A stretch of DNA of 64,000 bases from Candidatus Egerieimonas faecigallinarum (GTDB lineage: Bacteria; Bacillota; Clostridia; Lachnospirales; Lachnospiraceae): NCBI GenBank assembly GCA_018712615.1, contig DVGS01000171.1, positions 146-64,145 of the forward strand. Direction: 5' to 3'. Below the pieces are notes generated by a model, which saw nothing but the letters and a program-made list of their open reading frames with translations, did no database searches and was not told the DNA's origin. Each line of letters opens with the position of its first letter. The stretch's first letter is position 1. Of this stretch, positions 1 to 10,208 are shown piece after piece. The translations under genes and the position numbers were made by a program.

Positions 1-282
1 AAGAACTTTTTTAATTTTTTATTTTTCTCGACTGTCACTCTTTCGCGACAGCTTTGTTATTTTATCATGTGCTTTCCTGTTTGTCAAGCACTTTTTTCAT
101 TTTTCTTTGCGATGTTTTTCTGCACCGCTCGGAACTTCCCTATAATAGCACGCCATCTTCTATTCGTCAACCCCTTTTTTTACATTTTTTCCTTTTTTTA
201 CTTTACAGGCCTCTAACAAACATTTCAGGATGCAGACAGGATTCAGGATGCAGCGCTCCGGTGCCTGTCTTTTTATAAAAAA

Positions 283-335
283 CCCGGGAAAACGAGAGGC
301 ATGCCCGAAAGCAGCTTCCGTTTCCCCGGATTTTT
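283..335. terminator. imperfect hairpin flanked by A-run and T-run (bidirectional terminator downstream of cvpA)
   Basis: Arms ccgggaaaacg (284-294) and cgtttccccgg (319-329) pair with one mismatch. T-run atttttg follows on the + strand and gtttttt on the - strand. A second hairpin, agacagg...cctgtct+ttttt, lies at 234-275. Confidence 0.45.
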
Positions 336-339
336 GAAT

Positions 340-1041
340 TCACGAAGCAATCAGTGACAGAATCACATTCATCAGATAATTCTTGCTGTAAAGCCAGCTG
401 AGGATCTCATTTCCCGAAATTTCTCTCAGGCACATACTTCCCCACTCCGTTCCCGCAAATATTGTCACCGCAATGAAGAAAATCCAGATCCATATCACAG
501 CGCGGACAGCGCCCAGCACCAGTCCCCCTGTGCGATTCAGAAAACGGATCCCCGGAAACGCCGTGAGTATATTGACCGCATACAGCACAATCCGAACCAA
601 CAGGATCGCCACCAGAAAGGCAATCACAAACGATGCGAAATTAACGATCCCCCTCGCCAGATATCCCGAAAGATAGTCGGAAAAATTGTCCACCGCCAGC
701 TTCTGATACATTTCCGCTGTATTATTCTGTGCAAGACTGTCTTTCAGACTCTGCGGCAGCGGAAGGTTCTCAATGAAAGCCTCCTGCCCCTCTGCATCTT
801 CTGCCGTGCCGTCATCCCCGAACTGCTCCTCCAGCATTTTCCCGCATTGCTCCTGGACTGTCTGGCCCAGAGATGTATTATTCCGGATATAGTCCGAAAT
901 ATACGGATTCAGCCAAACCGTCAGCACAAGCACAAGCGCCAGGAACACCATAGAGATCGCTGTCTGCAGGAGTCCCTTCCTGTAGCCCTGGATCATCGAC
1001 ACCGCAGCAAAAATTAAAAGTACAATAAATAGCCAGCTCAT
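340..1041 (-). CDS. cvpA: CvpA family membrane protein
   Basis: 233-aa ORF with several hydrophobic helices. The N-terminus MSWLFIVLLIFAAVSMIQGYRKG is typical of the CvpA family. Confidence 0.7.
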   Translation of the reverse strand: MSWLFIVLLIFAAVSMIQGYRKGLLQTAISMVFLALVLVLTVWLNPYISDYIRNNTSLGQTVQEQCGKMLEEQFGDDGTAEDAEGQEAFIENLPLPQSLKDSLAQNNTAEMYQKLAVDNFSDYLSGYLARGIVNFASFVIAFLVAILLVRIVLYAVNILTAFPGIRFLNRTGGLVLGAVRAVIWIWIFFIAVTIFAGTEWGSMCLREISGNEILSWLYSKNYLMNVILSLIAS

Positions 1042-1107
1042 CTTCTGTCATCTCCCTTAGTCGTATCACTTGATGTTTGGGAAGCAAATGAACTTTCGCC
1101 CCTGTTA

Positions 1108-2370
1108 TCACTTTAATCTCAGAGTATAAATACCATTCTCTGTCACTTCCAGATAACGGTTGCTTCCCACCGGAAACAGGTTCTTTACCTGTCCCTCCTT
1201 CATATTCCCACGGAACTTTTCAATTCCTTTGAGACTGTACACACACATCTGGCTGCTGTTGTACAGCACAATTTGATTCTGTCCCATCGAAACGTCCGTG
1301 TATGCGAAATCAAAATTTTCCTCCATAATCTTTCTTCCGCCCGTAGTATAAACTTCCATGGTATAGAGCGAATCTTCCTCATCACTCTGATAAATCAGGC
1401 CAATGCGCGATCCGTCGTTCATTGTCGTAATAATATCCTTCGAGGCCTTCACGGTGTCTCCCTCGCGCGGAGCCTGTCCTCCCTCAAACACCGTGAACCC
1501 ATCCTCACGGAACGCTACAAACTTTCCTTCATCCAGATACTCGATCTGCGGCACCAGAATATTGTCATATTCATATTCTCCCACCTTATTGTCCATCTGA
1601 TTCTTCCCCGCGGAGTCAAAGTTGTAAAAGGTGATTCTTGTGTTCGGCGAGCCATCCCCCATATACAGGTAAGCAACGCCGAGCACGCTGCCATCGCTGG
1701 AGACATCCACATCCATCGGATATCCCGGACTGTCAATTCCCGTTTTGACCGTAGCGATCTCCTCGCCCGAGGCGTTGTAATAGTTGATCCATGTATCTTC
1801 TCCGTCTTCCAGCACCGCTGCCACCGTTCCCACGGATGACACTCTCGCTTTGAGGATCGGGAGATCCGTAGTAATATTCCCAACCTCTCCTTCCGTATCA
1901 AAAACTGCTATGCTCGTTCCATTTTTATCATAGACCGCCACCACATCGCCGCATACGTCGGCCTTCGGATCTGTAATGTTATAACTTCCCGTCCAGAGCG
2001 TTGTCCCATCCGTATCCACCAGAGCAGTATCATCCTGGTTATACTTAAAAATTTTACCGTCCAGCTCCACATACTCTGTAGATGTGATGTCTTCCTGCTC
2101 ACTGGAATTCAAAATCACATATTCCTTAAAGCTCCAATGATCGAAAGCAAACTTGATGCCCAGAGCCAGCGCAGCCACCGCCGCAATCACAGCTCCGGTC
2201 TTGATCAGCGTTTTCCGCCGATGGGCAATCAGACGCTGCTTATAGGATGACACTTCATCGAGAGGCTGCTTGTTCTTTTCAAAAACGCTTCCCGCTGAAG
2301 CTTTCGCTCCCGAGAGCGCTCCGGCAGTCTTCTTTCGGAAGCCGCTCCATTTTTCTTTTATATTTTTCAT
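1108..2370 (-). CDS. membrane-anchored hypothetical protein (single TM helix, beta-rich ectodomain; possibly DUF5711-like)
   Basis: 420-aa ORF with a basic N-terminus, one TM helix (LIKTGAVIAAVAALALGIKFAF), then repetitive beta-strand-like D/G/T-rich sequence. Lies 4 nt... upstream gene spacing is consistent with an operon with cvpA. Confidence 0.55.
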   Translation of the reverse strand: MKNIKEKWSGFRKKTAGALSGAKASAGSVFEKNKQPLDEVSSYKQRLIAHRRKTLIKTGAVIAAVAALALGIKFAFDHWSFKEYVILNSSEQEDITSTEYVELDGKIFKYNQDDTALVDTDGTTLWTGSYNITDPKADVCGDVVAVYDKNGTSIAVFDTEGEVGNITTDLPILKARVSSVGTVAAVLEDGEDTWINYYNASGEEIATVKTGIDSPGYPMDVDVSSDGSVLGVAYLYMGDGSPNTRITFYNFDSAGKNQMDNKVGEYEYDNILVPQIEYLDEGKFVAFREDGFTVFEGGQAPREGDTVKASKDIITTMNDGSRIGLIYQSDEEDSLYTMEVYTTGGRKIMEENFDFAYTDVSMGQNQIVLYNSSQMCVYSLKGIEKFRGNMKEGQVKNLFPVGSNRYLEVTENGIYTLRLK

Positions 2371-2436
2371 TCTATCTGTCCTCTGCAGTATTTTTCCAGG
2401 GGCGCACCCCTGTTTTTTGAATTATAGCATATTCCT

Positions 2437-3699
2437 TTACGGTAGTAAAATTATTTGTCCCTCGTAAATAATATCATTGGGGGAAATCCCGTTCAATTCA
2501 CAGATCGCGTCCACCATGTCCATATTTCCGTAATACCGCTTGCTGATCTCACTCAGCGTATCTCCCTGAGAGATTGTATAGCTTTTGCGGAGCTGCGCGC
2601 CGCTCGTCTGGGCGGAGCTTTCCTGCGGATCGCTGTCGGATTTTTCTTCCGGCGACGGCTGCGGTGAAGGCGTCGGAGATGCTGTATCGGAAGTCTCGGA
2701 GGACTGCGCCAATGTATTTTCATTTGCCTCCTCCTCTGCTTCCGACTTCTGATTCTGAGCCGCGCCCTGTGTCTCTTCGGGCTCTTCTTTCTCAGCGTCC
2801 TGATTTCCCTCCGTCACACGCTCCGTATCTTCGACTTCCTCTCTCTCGCCCGTCACATTTTCCGCACCGGCATCCACTGCCTCCTGCGAATCTCCGTTTC
2901 CAAAATCGCTCAGCATATTGTTTACCGCGTCATAGGCTCCAAACTTTGCCGCGCCCACTGCCAGAATCGCGGCTGCGGCGCATGCCGCGGCTCCATACAC
3001 AAAAGGCCGCGGCAGACCTTCCGTTTTCTTCTCCTGCTTATCCGCAATAATTTTTCGGAAGTCCACCACAGCCTTGTCTCTTACGAGCGTTTCGTTTTCT
3101 ACAGACTGATTTTTATTTTCGGCAATCATATACTCCTGCATCGGAGTATTTTTCTCATAATAAACATAAAATCCGGTTTCTTTTTTCAGCTTCCCGCTGT
3201 CATAGACAAAGAAGCTCTCATCCTTCTCATTCGGCTCCATGAGGAACAGAACCTTGTCGCTGCCGGCGAAATGGTTCAGATGCGCCCGCAGGATCACATC
3301 ATTGATCTGCATGTCAAAGCCCGGAAGGCTCAGGCACCATCCTACGATATCCAGGGACGGAAAATATTTTTCCATCTGCCCGTGAACCGCGCCCCACACC
3401 GCGTCAGAAAACGGAATGTGCTGCGCGTCCACTTCAAAATCCTGGATTGTCACTGCTCCCTGGATAAATATATACGAAATACCGTCCGCCCATTTATAGT
3501 AGCCCAGAAGCACCGATGCCTCCCCTTTGGGAGGAAGCCCGGACGATACTTTCTTCAGGTGTGTATAGACATAATCTTCCATGTAAATTTTGTGGTTCCC
3601 ATGACTGTCGCCAATTTGTCTTATGTTATTCGGAAGATGGAAAAAGCTTTCATTCCCCTTGGCTTCCTGCTTTTCCTCTTTGTAGATAATCTCTATCAT
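2437..3699 (-). CDS. LysM peptidoglycan-binding protein with an N-terminal degenerate MPN/JAB-like domain
   Basis: C-terminal LysM (YTISQGDTLSEISKRYYGNMDMVDAICELNGISPNDIIYEGQIILLP), a central TM helix and an acidic/Ser-rich linker. Start placed at ATG 3699 (MIEIIYKEEK), preceded by GGGGTGATTGG. The ORF-track start at 3801 has no SD. Confidence 0.8.
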   Translation of the reverse strand: MIEIIYKEEKQEAKGNESFFHLPNNIRQIGDSHGNHKIYMEDYVYTHLKKVSSGLPPKGEASVLLGYYKWADGISYIFIQGAVTIQDFEVDAQHIPFSDAVWGAVHGQMEKYFPSLDIVGWCLSLPGFDMQINDVILRAHLNHFAGSDKVLFLMEPNEKDESFFVYDSGKLKKETGFYVYYEKNTPMQEYMIAENKNQSVENETLVRDKAVVDFRKIIADKQEKKTEGLPRPFVYGAAACAAAAILAVGAAKFGAYDAVNNMLSDFGNGDSQEAVDAGAENVTGEREEVEDTERVTEGNQDAEKEEPEETQGAAQNQKSEAEEEANENTLAQSSETSDTASPTPSPQPSPEEKSDSDPQESSAQTSGAQLRKSYTISQGDTLSEISKRYYGNMDMVDAICELNGISPNDIIYEGQIILLP

Positions 3700-3876
3700 C
3701 CAATCACCCCTTTTACGCCCCACCTTATCACAACAGGGACGCAAAATTTGGCGTTTTATGCAGTCCGTATCACAAAACTTTTCGACAACAGCGGCACGCA
3801 TGTTTTGAGCAGCGTCTGAATATTCTATAGATAAACGGGAAAAACTGGAAGGGAAAGGTCAGGTGATACGAAAATT

Positions 3877-4563
3877 ATGAATTCAACTGTATATTATATA
3901 GACGAGAGAAAAAATTCCGCCAGCAGGGAGCTGGCTCATTTTCTCCGTATCTGCATCGCAAATGTATGCCGTCCCTGGAACGAACTGGTTTTCCTCTGTA
4001 TTGGCAGCGACCGTGTTACCGGAGACAGCCTGGGGCCATTTATCGGGTATCAGCTTGCAAAACAGTCTCCACGCTCCTTTTCCGTGTACGGAACGCTCGA
4101 GGATCCGGTGCATGCCCTCAATCTGGCTGAAGCGCTCGACGAAATAAAAAGGAAGCATCCCCGCGCGCTCATCGTCGCAGTGGATGCCTCCCTGGGATCC
4201 AAAAAACATCTCGGCTTTATCTCTGTGGGGACAGGCTCCATCCGCCCCGGCGCGGGCGTCAAAAAGGAACTGCCGGACATCGGAGACGTATTTATCACCG
4301 GCATCGTCAATCTGTCGGGCAGCTTCGAACACCTGCTGCTTTCCACCACGCGTCTGTCCCTGATCGTGAGCATGGCGGACGCAATCACGGCCGGTATTCT
4401 TCAGATCTTCCCGGAACGGCTGCGCGGCCAGGAGACCCGCCCGGTGCCGTTTCCCCATGCTCCGGCGCCGGAGGGGCGCCGCCTCAGCTGCGCGAATGAC
4501 TGCGCCTGCGCCGCGCTGCGCGAAGAGGACTCTTCCCTGAACAATTCGGGCATCTCCTTTTGA
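3877..4563 (+). CDS. yyaC: spore protease YyaC (DUF1256 family)
   Basis: Motifs LCIGSDRVTGDSLGPFIGYQL and AVDASLGS...GFISVGTGSIRPGAGV are characteristic of YyaC. The 3' end is uncertain because the last ~50 codons overlap the convergent HD gene. Confidence 0.75.
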   Translation: MNSTVYYIDERKNSASRELAHFLRICIANVCRPWNELVFLCIGSDRVTGDSLGPFIGYQLAKQSPRSFSVYGTLEDPVHALNLAEALDEIKRKHPRALIVAVDASLGSKKHLGFISVGTGSIRPGAGVKKELPDIGDVFITGIVNLSGSFEHLLLSTTRLSLIVSMADAITAGILQIFPERLRGQETRPVPFPHAPAPEGRRLSCANDCACAALREEDSSLNNSGISF

Positions 4564-5147
4564 AACTCCGGGATGCCCGCGGTCAGGCGGCGCATTGCGC
4601 CCAACAGAGGAAGCAGTATCCACCGCGCTCTCGGCTGACGCGCATAGTAATCCGCAATTTCTCTGGAACTGCAGTATTTGTCAGTAAAACAAATCACGTA
4701 TGTCTCCCAGTAGCGCGGCGGAATCACGGTTACCGGCCACATATGCTTCAGGATTACTTCCTTTTCTATTTTGTTCAGATCAAAATACCGCTTTGCCATA
4801 TTATAGGCGGCTCTCGGATGGGTCATTGCATGAAAATGGTCTCCGGTACGCCTGCTGTGCCCCCGCCAGTCATACAGGAACAGATCATGCAGCATTCCTC
4901 CCCTGGCGGCAGAGCGCGCGTCCAGTTTTAACTTTTTACAGATATAGTAATTGTAATACGCAACACTCAGACAGTGCTCATAGCAATCCGTATTACAGTG
5001 CTGGTAATAGCGCTTCATCTCCAACACCTTCGGATGGTAAATGATATCGGAAATACATTCATAAAATTCCCGATTATCCTCACTGTGCGCCTGCCGCTGC
5101 CTTCTTATGCCTGCATTTCCCCTGGACGGGACGGGTTTTTTCAGCAT
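4401..5147 (-). CDS. HD domain phosphohydrolase
   Basis: HD signature (CYEHCLSVAYY...GGMLHDLFLYDW). Start moved to ATG 5147 (MLKKPV), preceded by AAAGGAGGA at 7 nt. The ORF-track start at 5180 is a TTG without SD. Confidence 0.75.
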   Translation of the reverse strand: MLKKPVPSRGNAGIRRQRQAHSEDNREFYECISDIIYHPKVLEMKRYYQHCNTDCYEHCLSVAYYNYYICKKLKLDARSAARGGMLHDLFLYDWRGHSRRTGDHFHAMTHPRAAYNMAKRYFDLNKIEKEVILKHMWPVTVIPPRYWETYVICFTDKYCSSREIADYYARQPRARWILLPLLGAMRRLTAGIPEFQKEMPELFREESSSRSAAQAQSFAQLRRRPSGAGAWGNGTGRVSWPRSRSGKI

Positions 5148-5267
5148 AATAAGTTCCTCCTTTTCCCGGGACATTGTCAAAAAGGCTGCCGCACTGTATG
5201 CAGCAGCCTTTTCAGACTGTCATTTTGTTTCAGTCATCTGTCGCAGCGCCCCAACTGAATCACTGCG

Positions 5268-6209
5268 TTATTTTACATATTCCTTGATCTGCTCATAGAT
5301 ACCCTGGGCATCCAGGCGGTACTTCTTCAGCAGTTCCAGCGCCGGGCCGGACTCTCCAAAGGTGTCCTGCACACCGATCCGTTTTACCTTCACAGGATAC
5401 TCCTCAGCAAGCGCCTCGCAGACTGCACTTCCCAGACCGCCGATCACGGAGTGCTCCTCCACGGTCACGACTTTTCCGGTCTTCTTCGCAGCCGCAGCTA
5501 CCAGCTCCGTATCCAGCGGTTTGATTGTATGGATATTTACCACCATCGCGTCGATGCCGTCAGCCGCAAGCAGCTCTGCCGCCTGCAGAGACTGATACAC
5601 CTCAAGCCCCGTAGCAATAATTGTAACATCGCTTCCTTCCCGAAGCACTCTTCCTTTTCCGATCTCAAAGGTATAGTCCGGCGTATCATTGAATACCGGA
5701 ATCGCCAGCCGTCCAAAACGCAGATATACCGGTCCCTCATGTTCATAGGCCGCGCGCACTGCCGCTCTTGCCTCGATATCGTCTGCCGGATTGATGATCA
5801 CCATGCCCGGAATGGAGCGCATCAGAGCAATATCCTCATTACACTGATGGGAAGCTCCGTCCTCGCCCACGGAAATTCCCGCATGCGTGGCGCCGATCTT
5901 AACATTCAGGTGCGGATAGCCGATGGAGTTGCGGATCTGCTCAAACGCGCGTCCTGCGGCGAACATCGCAAAAGAGCTCGCAAACGGCACCATGCCGGCA
6001 GCCGCAAGTCCTGCAGCCACACCCATCATATTTCCTTCTGCGATACCGCAGTCAATATGGCGCTGCGGAAACTCTTTCCGGAACATAATGGTCTTCGTCG
6101 CATTTGCCAGGTCAGCATCCAGGACTACCAGATCTTCATGTTCCCTTCCCAGCTCCACAAGGGTATTGCCGTAGCTGTCGCGGGTAGCAATTTTCTTCAT
6201 CTCTGTCAT
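5268..6209 (-). CDS. transketolase, C-terminal (pyrimidine-binding) subunit
   Basis: 313 aa with motifs IDCGIAEGNMMGVAAGLA and GATHAGISVGEDGASHQ. Overlaps the upstream N-terminal subunit gene by 4 nt. Confidence 0.9.
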   Translation of the reverse strand: MTEMKKIATRDSYGNTLVELGREHEDLVVLDADLANATKTIMFRKEFPQRHIDCGIAEGNMMGVAAGLAAAGMVPFASSFAMFAAGRAFEQIRNSIGYPHLNVKIGATHAGISVGEDGASHQCNEDIALMRSIPGMVIINPADDIEARAAVRAAYEHEGPVYLRFGRLAIPVFNDTPDYTFEIGKGRVLREGSDVTIIATGLEVYQSLQAAELLAADGIDAMVVNIHTIKPLDTELVAAAAKKTGKVVTVEEHSVIGGLGSAVCEALAEEYPVKVKRIGVQDTFGESGPALELLKKYRLDAQGIYEQIKEYVK

Positions 6210-7036
6210 AACTGTTCACCTGCTTTCTCGAGCTCTGCCATCGCCTGGGCATACTGTTCGTCATTCGGGGCCTTTCCATGCCAGTCCACGCTGTTCTCCA
6301 TAAAGGAAACGCCTTTGCCTTTCAGCGTCTTGGCAATGATTGCCGTAGGCATCCCCTTCACAGTTCTCGCTTCCGCGAACGCGGCTGCAAGCTGCTCAAA
6401 ATCATTTCCGTCCGCCACGTTGATCACATGGAAGTTAAATGCCTCAAACTTCTTATCGATCGGATACGGGGAATTGACTTCCTCGATGCTTCCGTCGATC
6501 TGTAAATTGTTGTTGTCTACAATCACCACCAGATTGTCCAGCTTGCGGTGACCCGCCATCATGGAGGCTTCCCATACTTCGCCCTCCTGAATCTCGCCGT
6601 CTCCCAGCAGTGTATATACGCGGTAGGAATCTCCTCTCAGCTTTGCCGCGAGCGCCATGCCCACTGCCGCGGAAATTCCCTGTCCCAGAGAACCTGTTGA
6701 CATATCCACACCCGGAACCTTCTTCATATCCGGATGTCCCTGTAAATAAGAACCTGTATGGCGCAGTGTCTTCAAATCCTCCACCGGGAAGAATCCTCTC
6801 TGCGCCAGAGTGGAATAAAGTCCCGGAGCCGTGTGCCCTTTGGACAGCACGAACCGGTCACGATCCGGCTTCTTCGGGTTCTTCGGATCAATATTTAACT
6901 CTTCAAAATACAAATACGCGAAAATCTCCGCAGCTGATAATGAGCCGCCTGGATGTCCCGCTTTTGCCGCGTGTGTAGAGGTCACGATTCCCTTTCGGAT
7001 CTCGTTCGCGGCTCTCTGAAGTTCCAGTTTGTTCAT
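6206..7036 (-). CDS. transketolase, N-terminal (TPP-binding) subunit
   Basis: 276 aa with motifs GHPGGSLSAAEI, LSKGHTAPGLY and GDGEIQEGEVWEA. Confidence 0.9.
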   Translation of the reverse strand: MNKLELQRAANEIRKGIVTSTHAAKAGHPGGSLSAAEIFAYLYFEELNIDPKNPKKPDRDRFVLSKGHTAPGLYSTLAQRGFFPVEDLKTLRHTGSYLQGHPDMKKVPGVDMSTGSLGQGISAAVGMALAAKLRGDSYRVYTLLGDGEIQEGEVWEASMMAGHRKLDNLVVIVDNNNLQIDGSIEEVNSPYPIDKKFEAFNFHVINVADGNDFEQLAAAFAEARTVKGMPTAIIAKTLKGKGVSFMENSVDWHGKAPNDEQYAQAMAELEKAGEQL

Positions 7037-7196
7037 TCTTTTCTCCTTTCAATTGGCAACTGCTTGTCATGCAGTCACACACCCCGCCGCCGCGGCGGAG
7101 CACTTCCCGCGGCATTTACAGCCTTGGGCTGTATCAGTATGCCATATATTTTGAAGCGATGCAATAACTTTTTTGCTGACCGGCGCCGCCTGAGCC

Positions 7197-7850
7197 TTAA
7201 TCTCCAAATACCGCTCTGTAATCCGCCTGGAATTTTTCAATGCCCGCATCTGTCAGCGGATGCTTCGTCATCTGCTCCAGGACCTTATACGGAACAGTCG
7301 CAATGTCAGCTCCTGCCAGAGCGCAGTCTGTCACATGCATCGGGTTGCGCACGCTTGCCGCAATGATCTCAGTCTCAATTCCGGCCACCTCGAAGATCTC
7401 GGCAATCTCGCGGATCAGATCAACGCCTCTCACGGAAATATCATCCAGTCTGCCCAGGAACGGAGATACATACGTCGCTCCCGCGCGTGCGGCCAAAAGC
7501 GCCTGGTTCGCGCTGAAAATCAGCGTCACATTCGTCTTGATTCCCTCCTGGGAAAGCACATGGCACGCCTTTAATCCCTCAACTGTCATCGGAATCTTTA
7601 CGACCATATTCGGATGAATTGCCGCAATCTCACGTCCCTCGCGGATCATGCCCTCAGCGTCCGTGGTCGTAGCCTTCACCTCTCCGCTGATCGGTCCGTC
7701 GACAATGGAAGCAATCTCGGTGATGACCTCTTTAAAGTCTCTTCCTTCTTTTGCGATCAGAGACGGATTCGTCGTCACTCCGCAGATGATTCCCATATCA
7801 TTTGCCTTTTTAATATCCTCTACTTTTGCAGTGTCAATAAAGAATCTCAT
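7197..7850 (-). CDS. fsa: transaldolase / fructose-6-phosphate aldolase (short TalC/Fsa type)
   Basis: 217 aa. [31 protein letters not shown] and [15 protein letters not shown] closely match the Bacillus YwjH/Fsa family. Confidence 0.9.
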   Translation of the reverse strand: MRFFIDTAKVEDIKKANDMGIICGVTTNPSLIAKEGRDFKEVITEIASIVDGPISGEVKATTTDAEGMIREGREIAAIHPNMVVKIPMTVEGLKACHVLSQEGIKTNVTLIFSANQALLAARAGATYVSPFLGRLDDISVRGVDLIREIAEIFEVAGIETEIIAASVRNPMHVTDCALAGADIATVPYKVLEQMTKHPLTDAGIEKFQADYRAVFGD

Positions 7851-8107
7851 ATCTTTTTCCTCCTGAAATGTGATCCGCGGCTTCCCGCTCCGGGCCCTCT
7901 CTCACGCAGCGGCCCGGCTGCCGTGTTGTTTATGATTTCAGTATAGCACAATTCCCGCGGCGGTCAACCGCTGCCCATTCCTATTAACACTAATTTTAGC
8001 TGATATTTTTCGTTTTATCAATTGATTCTTCGAAAGAAATGCCTTGAATTTCCTGGTATATCTTAATTATAAACATTTTTATTAGTAATATTATTAATGG
8101 TGTTTAT

Positions 8108-9220
8108 TTATTTTTCTCTACGTCTGCCCAGCCTGGGATACCCTGTGCTTCCCCGCACGATCAGGCGCGGTTCATACTCCACATGGTAAATGCTTGTCGG
8201 CTGGTCCCCCTTAGAATATGACTTCTGAGACTGAATCTTGCGCAGTATAATATCACACGCGTCCCACCCCTTCTGCGGAACAAAGTGTTCCACCGTCGTC
8301 AGGCCAATCGTCTGAAAGCCGGAAAACAGAGTATTATCACACCCAACGACAGAAATATCTCCCGGAATCTTATACTTCTTCTCCAACAGCGCGTCCATCA
8401 CTCCGAATGCCACCATATCGTTGAGCGCGGCGATCGCCGTCACCGGCATTCCCTCCCGAAAAAGCTCCTGGGTCAGTTCATATCCCATACGGTACTCGGA
8501 ATCAATACTCGGGATCACGGTATCTCTGGCGTCCTCTGTCGCCCTCACCAGCACGCGCTCCTTCAGTCCCGCCTTCTCAAACTCCATCAGAAAGCCCTCC
8601 ACGCGCTTCTGCCGCTGATGCTGCCGCAGCGTCAGCGGCGGCGAGACGAACGCCACGTCGCGATGGCCTAGTTCGAGCAGATGGCGCGCCATAAGAATCC
8701 CCGGCTTGCGGTTGTTGATAGCGACCGCGTCGATGGCAAATTCATCTTCCCGGTTACTGATGACCACAACCGGAATTTCCCGGGACAGTTCCTCCACCTG
8801 CTGCCCAAAGCTCGGATTGCAGGCATAGATAATCCCCATCGGAGACACCTCCCGCATCATGCGCAGATAGTCCTCTTCGATCTTCAGATCCCTCTGAGTA
8901 TTGCACACAAACACACCGTATCCCTGCTCCTTTGCCGCAGACTCAATGCCCTGCAGCAGCATTACATAATAGGGATTTGTCAGAGTGGGACAAAAAACCA
9001 CCAGAAGTTTCCGCGTTCTGCCCGATTTCTTCGGGCGCTGCCGCGGAAGCTGATATCCAAGCCTCTCGGCAGTTTCCTCAACCTGTCTGATGGTTTCCTT
9101 AGAAAATGTCACATTGTATTTTTTATTGAGAATCATGGATACCGCTGCCTGGGAGACGCCCGCCTCCCTGGCAACATCCATGGACGTCACTTTTTTCTTC
9201 GCCATAGCCTCATCTTCCAT
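8108..9220 (-). CDS. LacI family transcriptional regulator
   Basis: N-terminal HTH (VTSMDVAREAGVSQAAVSMILN) plus a periplasmic-binding-fold C-terminus. An alternative start at ATG 9205 (MAKKK) is possible. Confidence 0.85.
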   Translation of the reverse strand: MEDEAMAKKKVTSMDVAREAGVSQAAVSMILNKKYNVTFSKETIRQVEETAERLGYQLPRQRPKKSGRTRKLLVVFCPTLTNPYYVMLLQGIESAAKEQGYGVFVCNTQRDLKIEEDYLRMMREVSPMGIIYACNPSFGQQVEELSREIPVVVISNREDEFAIDAVAINNRKPGILMARHLLELGHRDVAFVSPPLTLRQHQRQKRVEGFLMEFEKAGLKERVLVRATEDARDTVIPSIDSEYRMGYELTQELFREGMPVTAIAALNDMVAFGVMDALLEKKYKIPGDISVVGCDNTLFSGFQTIGLTTVEHFVPQKGWDACDIILRKIQSQKSYSKGDQPTSIYHVEYEPRLIVRGSTGYPRLGRRREK

Positions 9221-9232
9221 GCAGTCTCTGCA

Positions 9233-9829
9233 TTACAGTTCAACTCTGCCCTCGAGCGCGCGCAGCAGCGTAACTTCGTCAATATATTCCAGATCTCCGC
9301 CCACAGGCACGCCGCTGGCGATTCTCGTCACCTTGATTCCGGTGGGTTTGATCAGTTTGCTGATGTACATTGCGGTCGTCTCTCCCTCAAGGCTGGAATT
9401 TGTAGCAATAATGACCTCCTCCACATCTCCCTGAAGCCTCTGCATTAACTCCTTCAGCTTAATGTCATTCGGCCCAATGCCCAGCATCGGGGAAATGGCT
9501 CCATGAAGCACATGGTAGACTCCGTCAAATTTTCCGGTCTTCTCATACGCTGCCAGGTCACGGCTGTTCTCCACCACCATGATCACTTTGTGATCGCGCT
9601 TTACATTTGCGCAGATCGGGCAGACTTCCTGATCCGTAAGCGTCTGGCAAACCTTACAATAGCGGATGTTCGCCTTCGCCCCTGTGATGGAATCCGCAAG
9701 CTGCTTCACCTGCTCCGCCGGCATGTTCACGATATGAAATGCCAGCCTCTGCGCAGATTTTGCGCCCACGCCGGGAAGCCTTGAGAGCTGCTCAATCAGC
9801 TTCGTAATATGATTGCTGTAGTATTCCAT
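9233..9829 (-). CDS. recR: recombination protein RecR
   Basis: [33 protein letters not shown] followed by a C4 zinc finger (CKVCQ...CPIC) and Toprim. Start set at ATG 9829, directly after the ybaB stop. The track start at 9853 would overlap ybaB. Confidence 0.9.
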   Translation of the reverse strand: MEYYSNHITKLIEQLSRLPGVGAKSAQRLAFHIVNMPAEQVKQLADSITGAKANIRYCKVCQTLTDQEVCPICANVKRDHKVIMVVENSRDLAAYEKTGKFDGVYHVLHGAISPMLGIGPNDIKLKELMQRLQGDVEEVIIATNSSLEGETTAMYISKLIKPTGIKVTRIASGVPVGGDLEYIDEVTLLRALEGRVEL

Positions 9830-9830
9830 A

Positions 9831-10187
9831 TCAGAACGGGAATCCTCCGCCAAGTCCGCCCATGCCTCCGGTCAGTTTGGACATCATCGCCGCTGATTCT
9901 TCCTCCATCTTGCGCAGCGCCTCGTTTGTCGCCGCCATAACCAGATCCTCCAGCATCTCAATATCATCCGGATCCACGACTTCCTCGGAGAGCTTTACTT
10001 TCGTAAGCTCTTTCTTTCCGCTTACCGTAACCTCAACAGCGCCGCCTCCCGCGGTGGCCGTAAACTCCTTCTCCTCAAATGCCTTCTGATTTTCCTCCAT
10101 CTGCTTCTGCATCTTCTGTGCCTGCTTCATCAGATTATTCATATTTCCGGGCATACCCATGCCCGGGAATCCTCCACGTTTTGCCAT
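9831..10187 (-). CDS. ybaB: YbaB/EbfC nucleoid-associated protein
   Basis: 118 aa with [18 protein letters not shown]...[11 protein letters not shown], in the conserved dnaX-ybaB-recR order. Confidence 0.9.
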   Translation of the reverse strand: MAKRGGFPGMGMPGNMNNLMKQAQKMQKQMEENQKAFEEKEFTATAGGGAVEVTVSGKKELTKVKLSEEVVDPDDIEMLEDLVMAATNEALRKMEEESAAMMSKLTGGMGGLGGGFPF

Positions 10188-10208
10188 TACTTAACATTCC
10201 TCCGTTCA

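Noticed and set aside
5451-6551. 366-aa ORF on the + strand
   Set aside because: It is entirely antisense to the two transketolase subunit genes, which have strong family motifs. Its composition is Arg/Ser/His/Cys-rich, typical of shadow ORFs in GC-rich coding DNA.
8017-8026. The 10-bp palindrome ATCAATTGAT upstream of tal/fsa as an operator for the adjacent LacI-family regulator
   Set aside because: It is short, AT-rich and lacks the central CG typical of LacI-family operators. It is expected by chance in an AT-rich intergenic region, so it was not reported as a feature.
9830-9853. Upstream start (9853) for recR
   Set aside because: It would overlap the ybaB coding end by 23 nt. ATG 9829 gives the canonical RecR N-terminus (MEYY...LIEQL) immediately after the ybaB stop.
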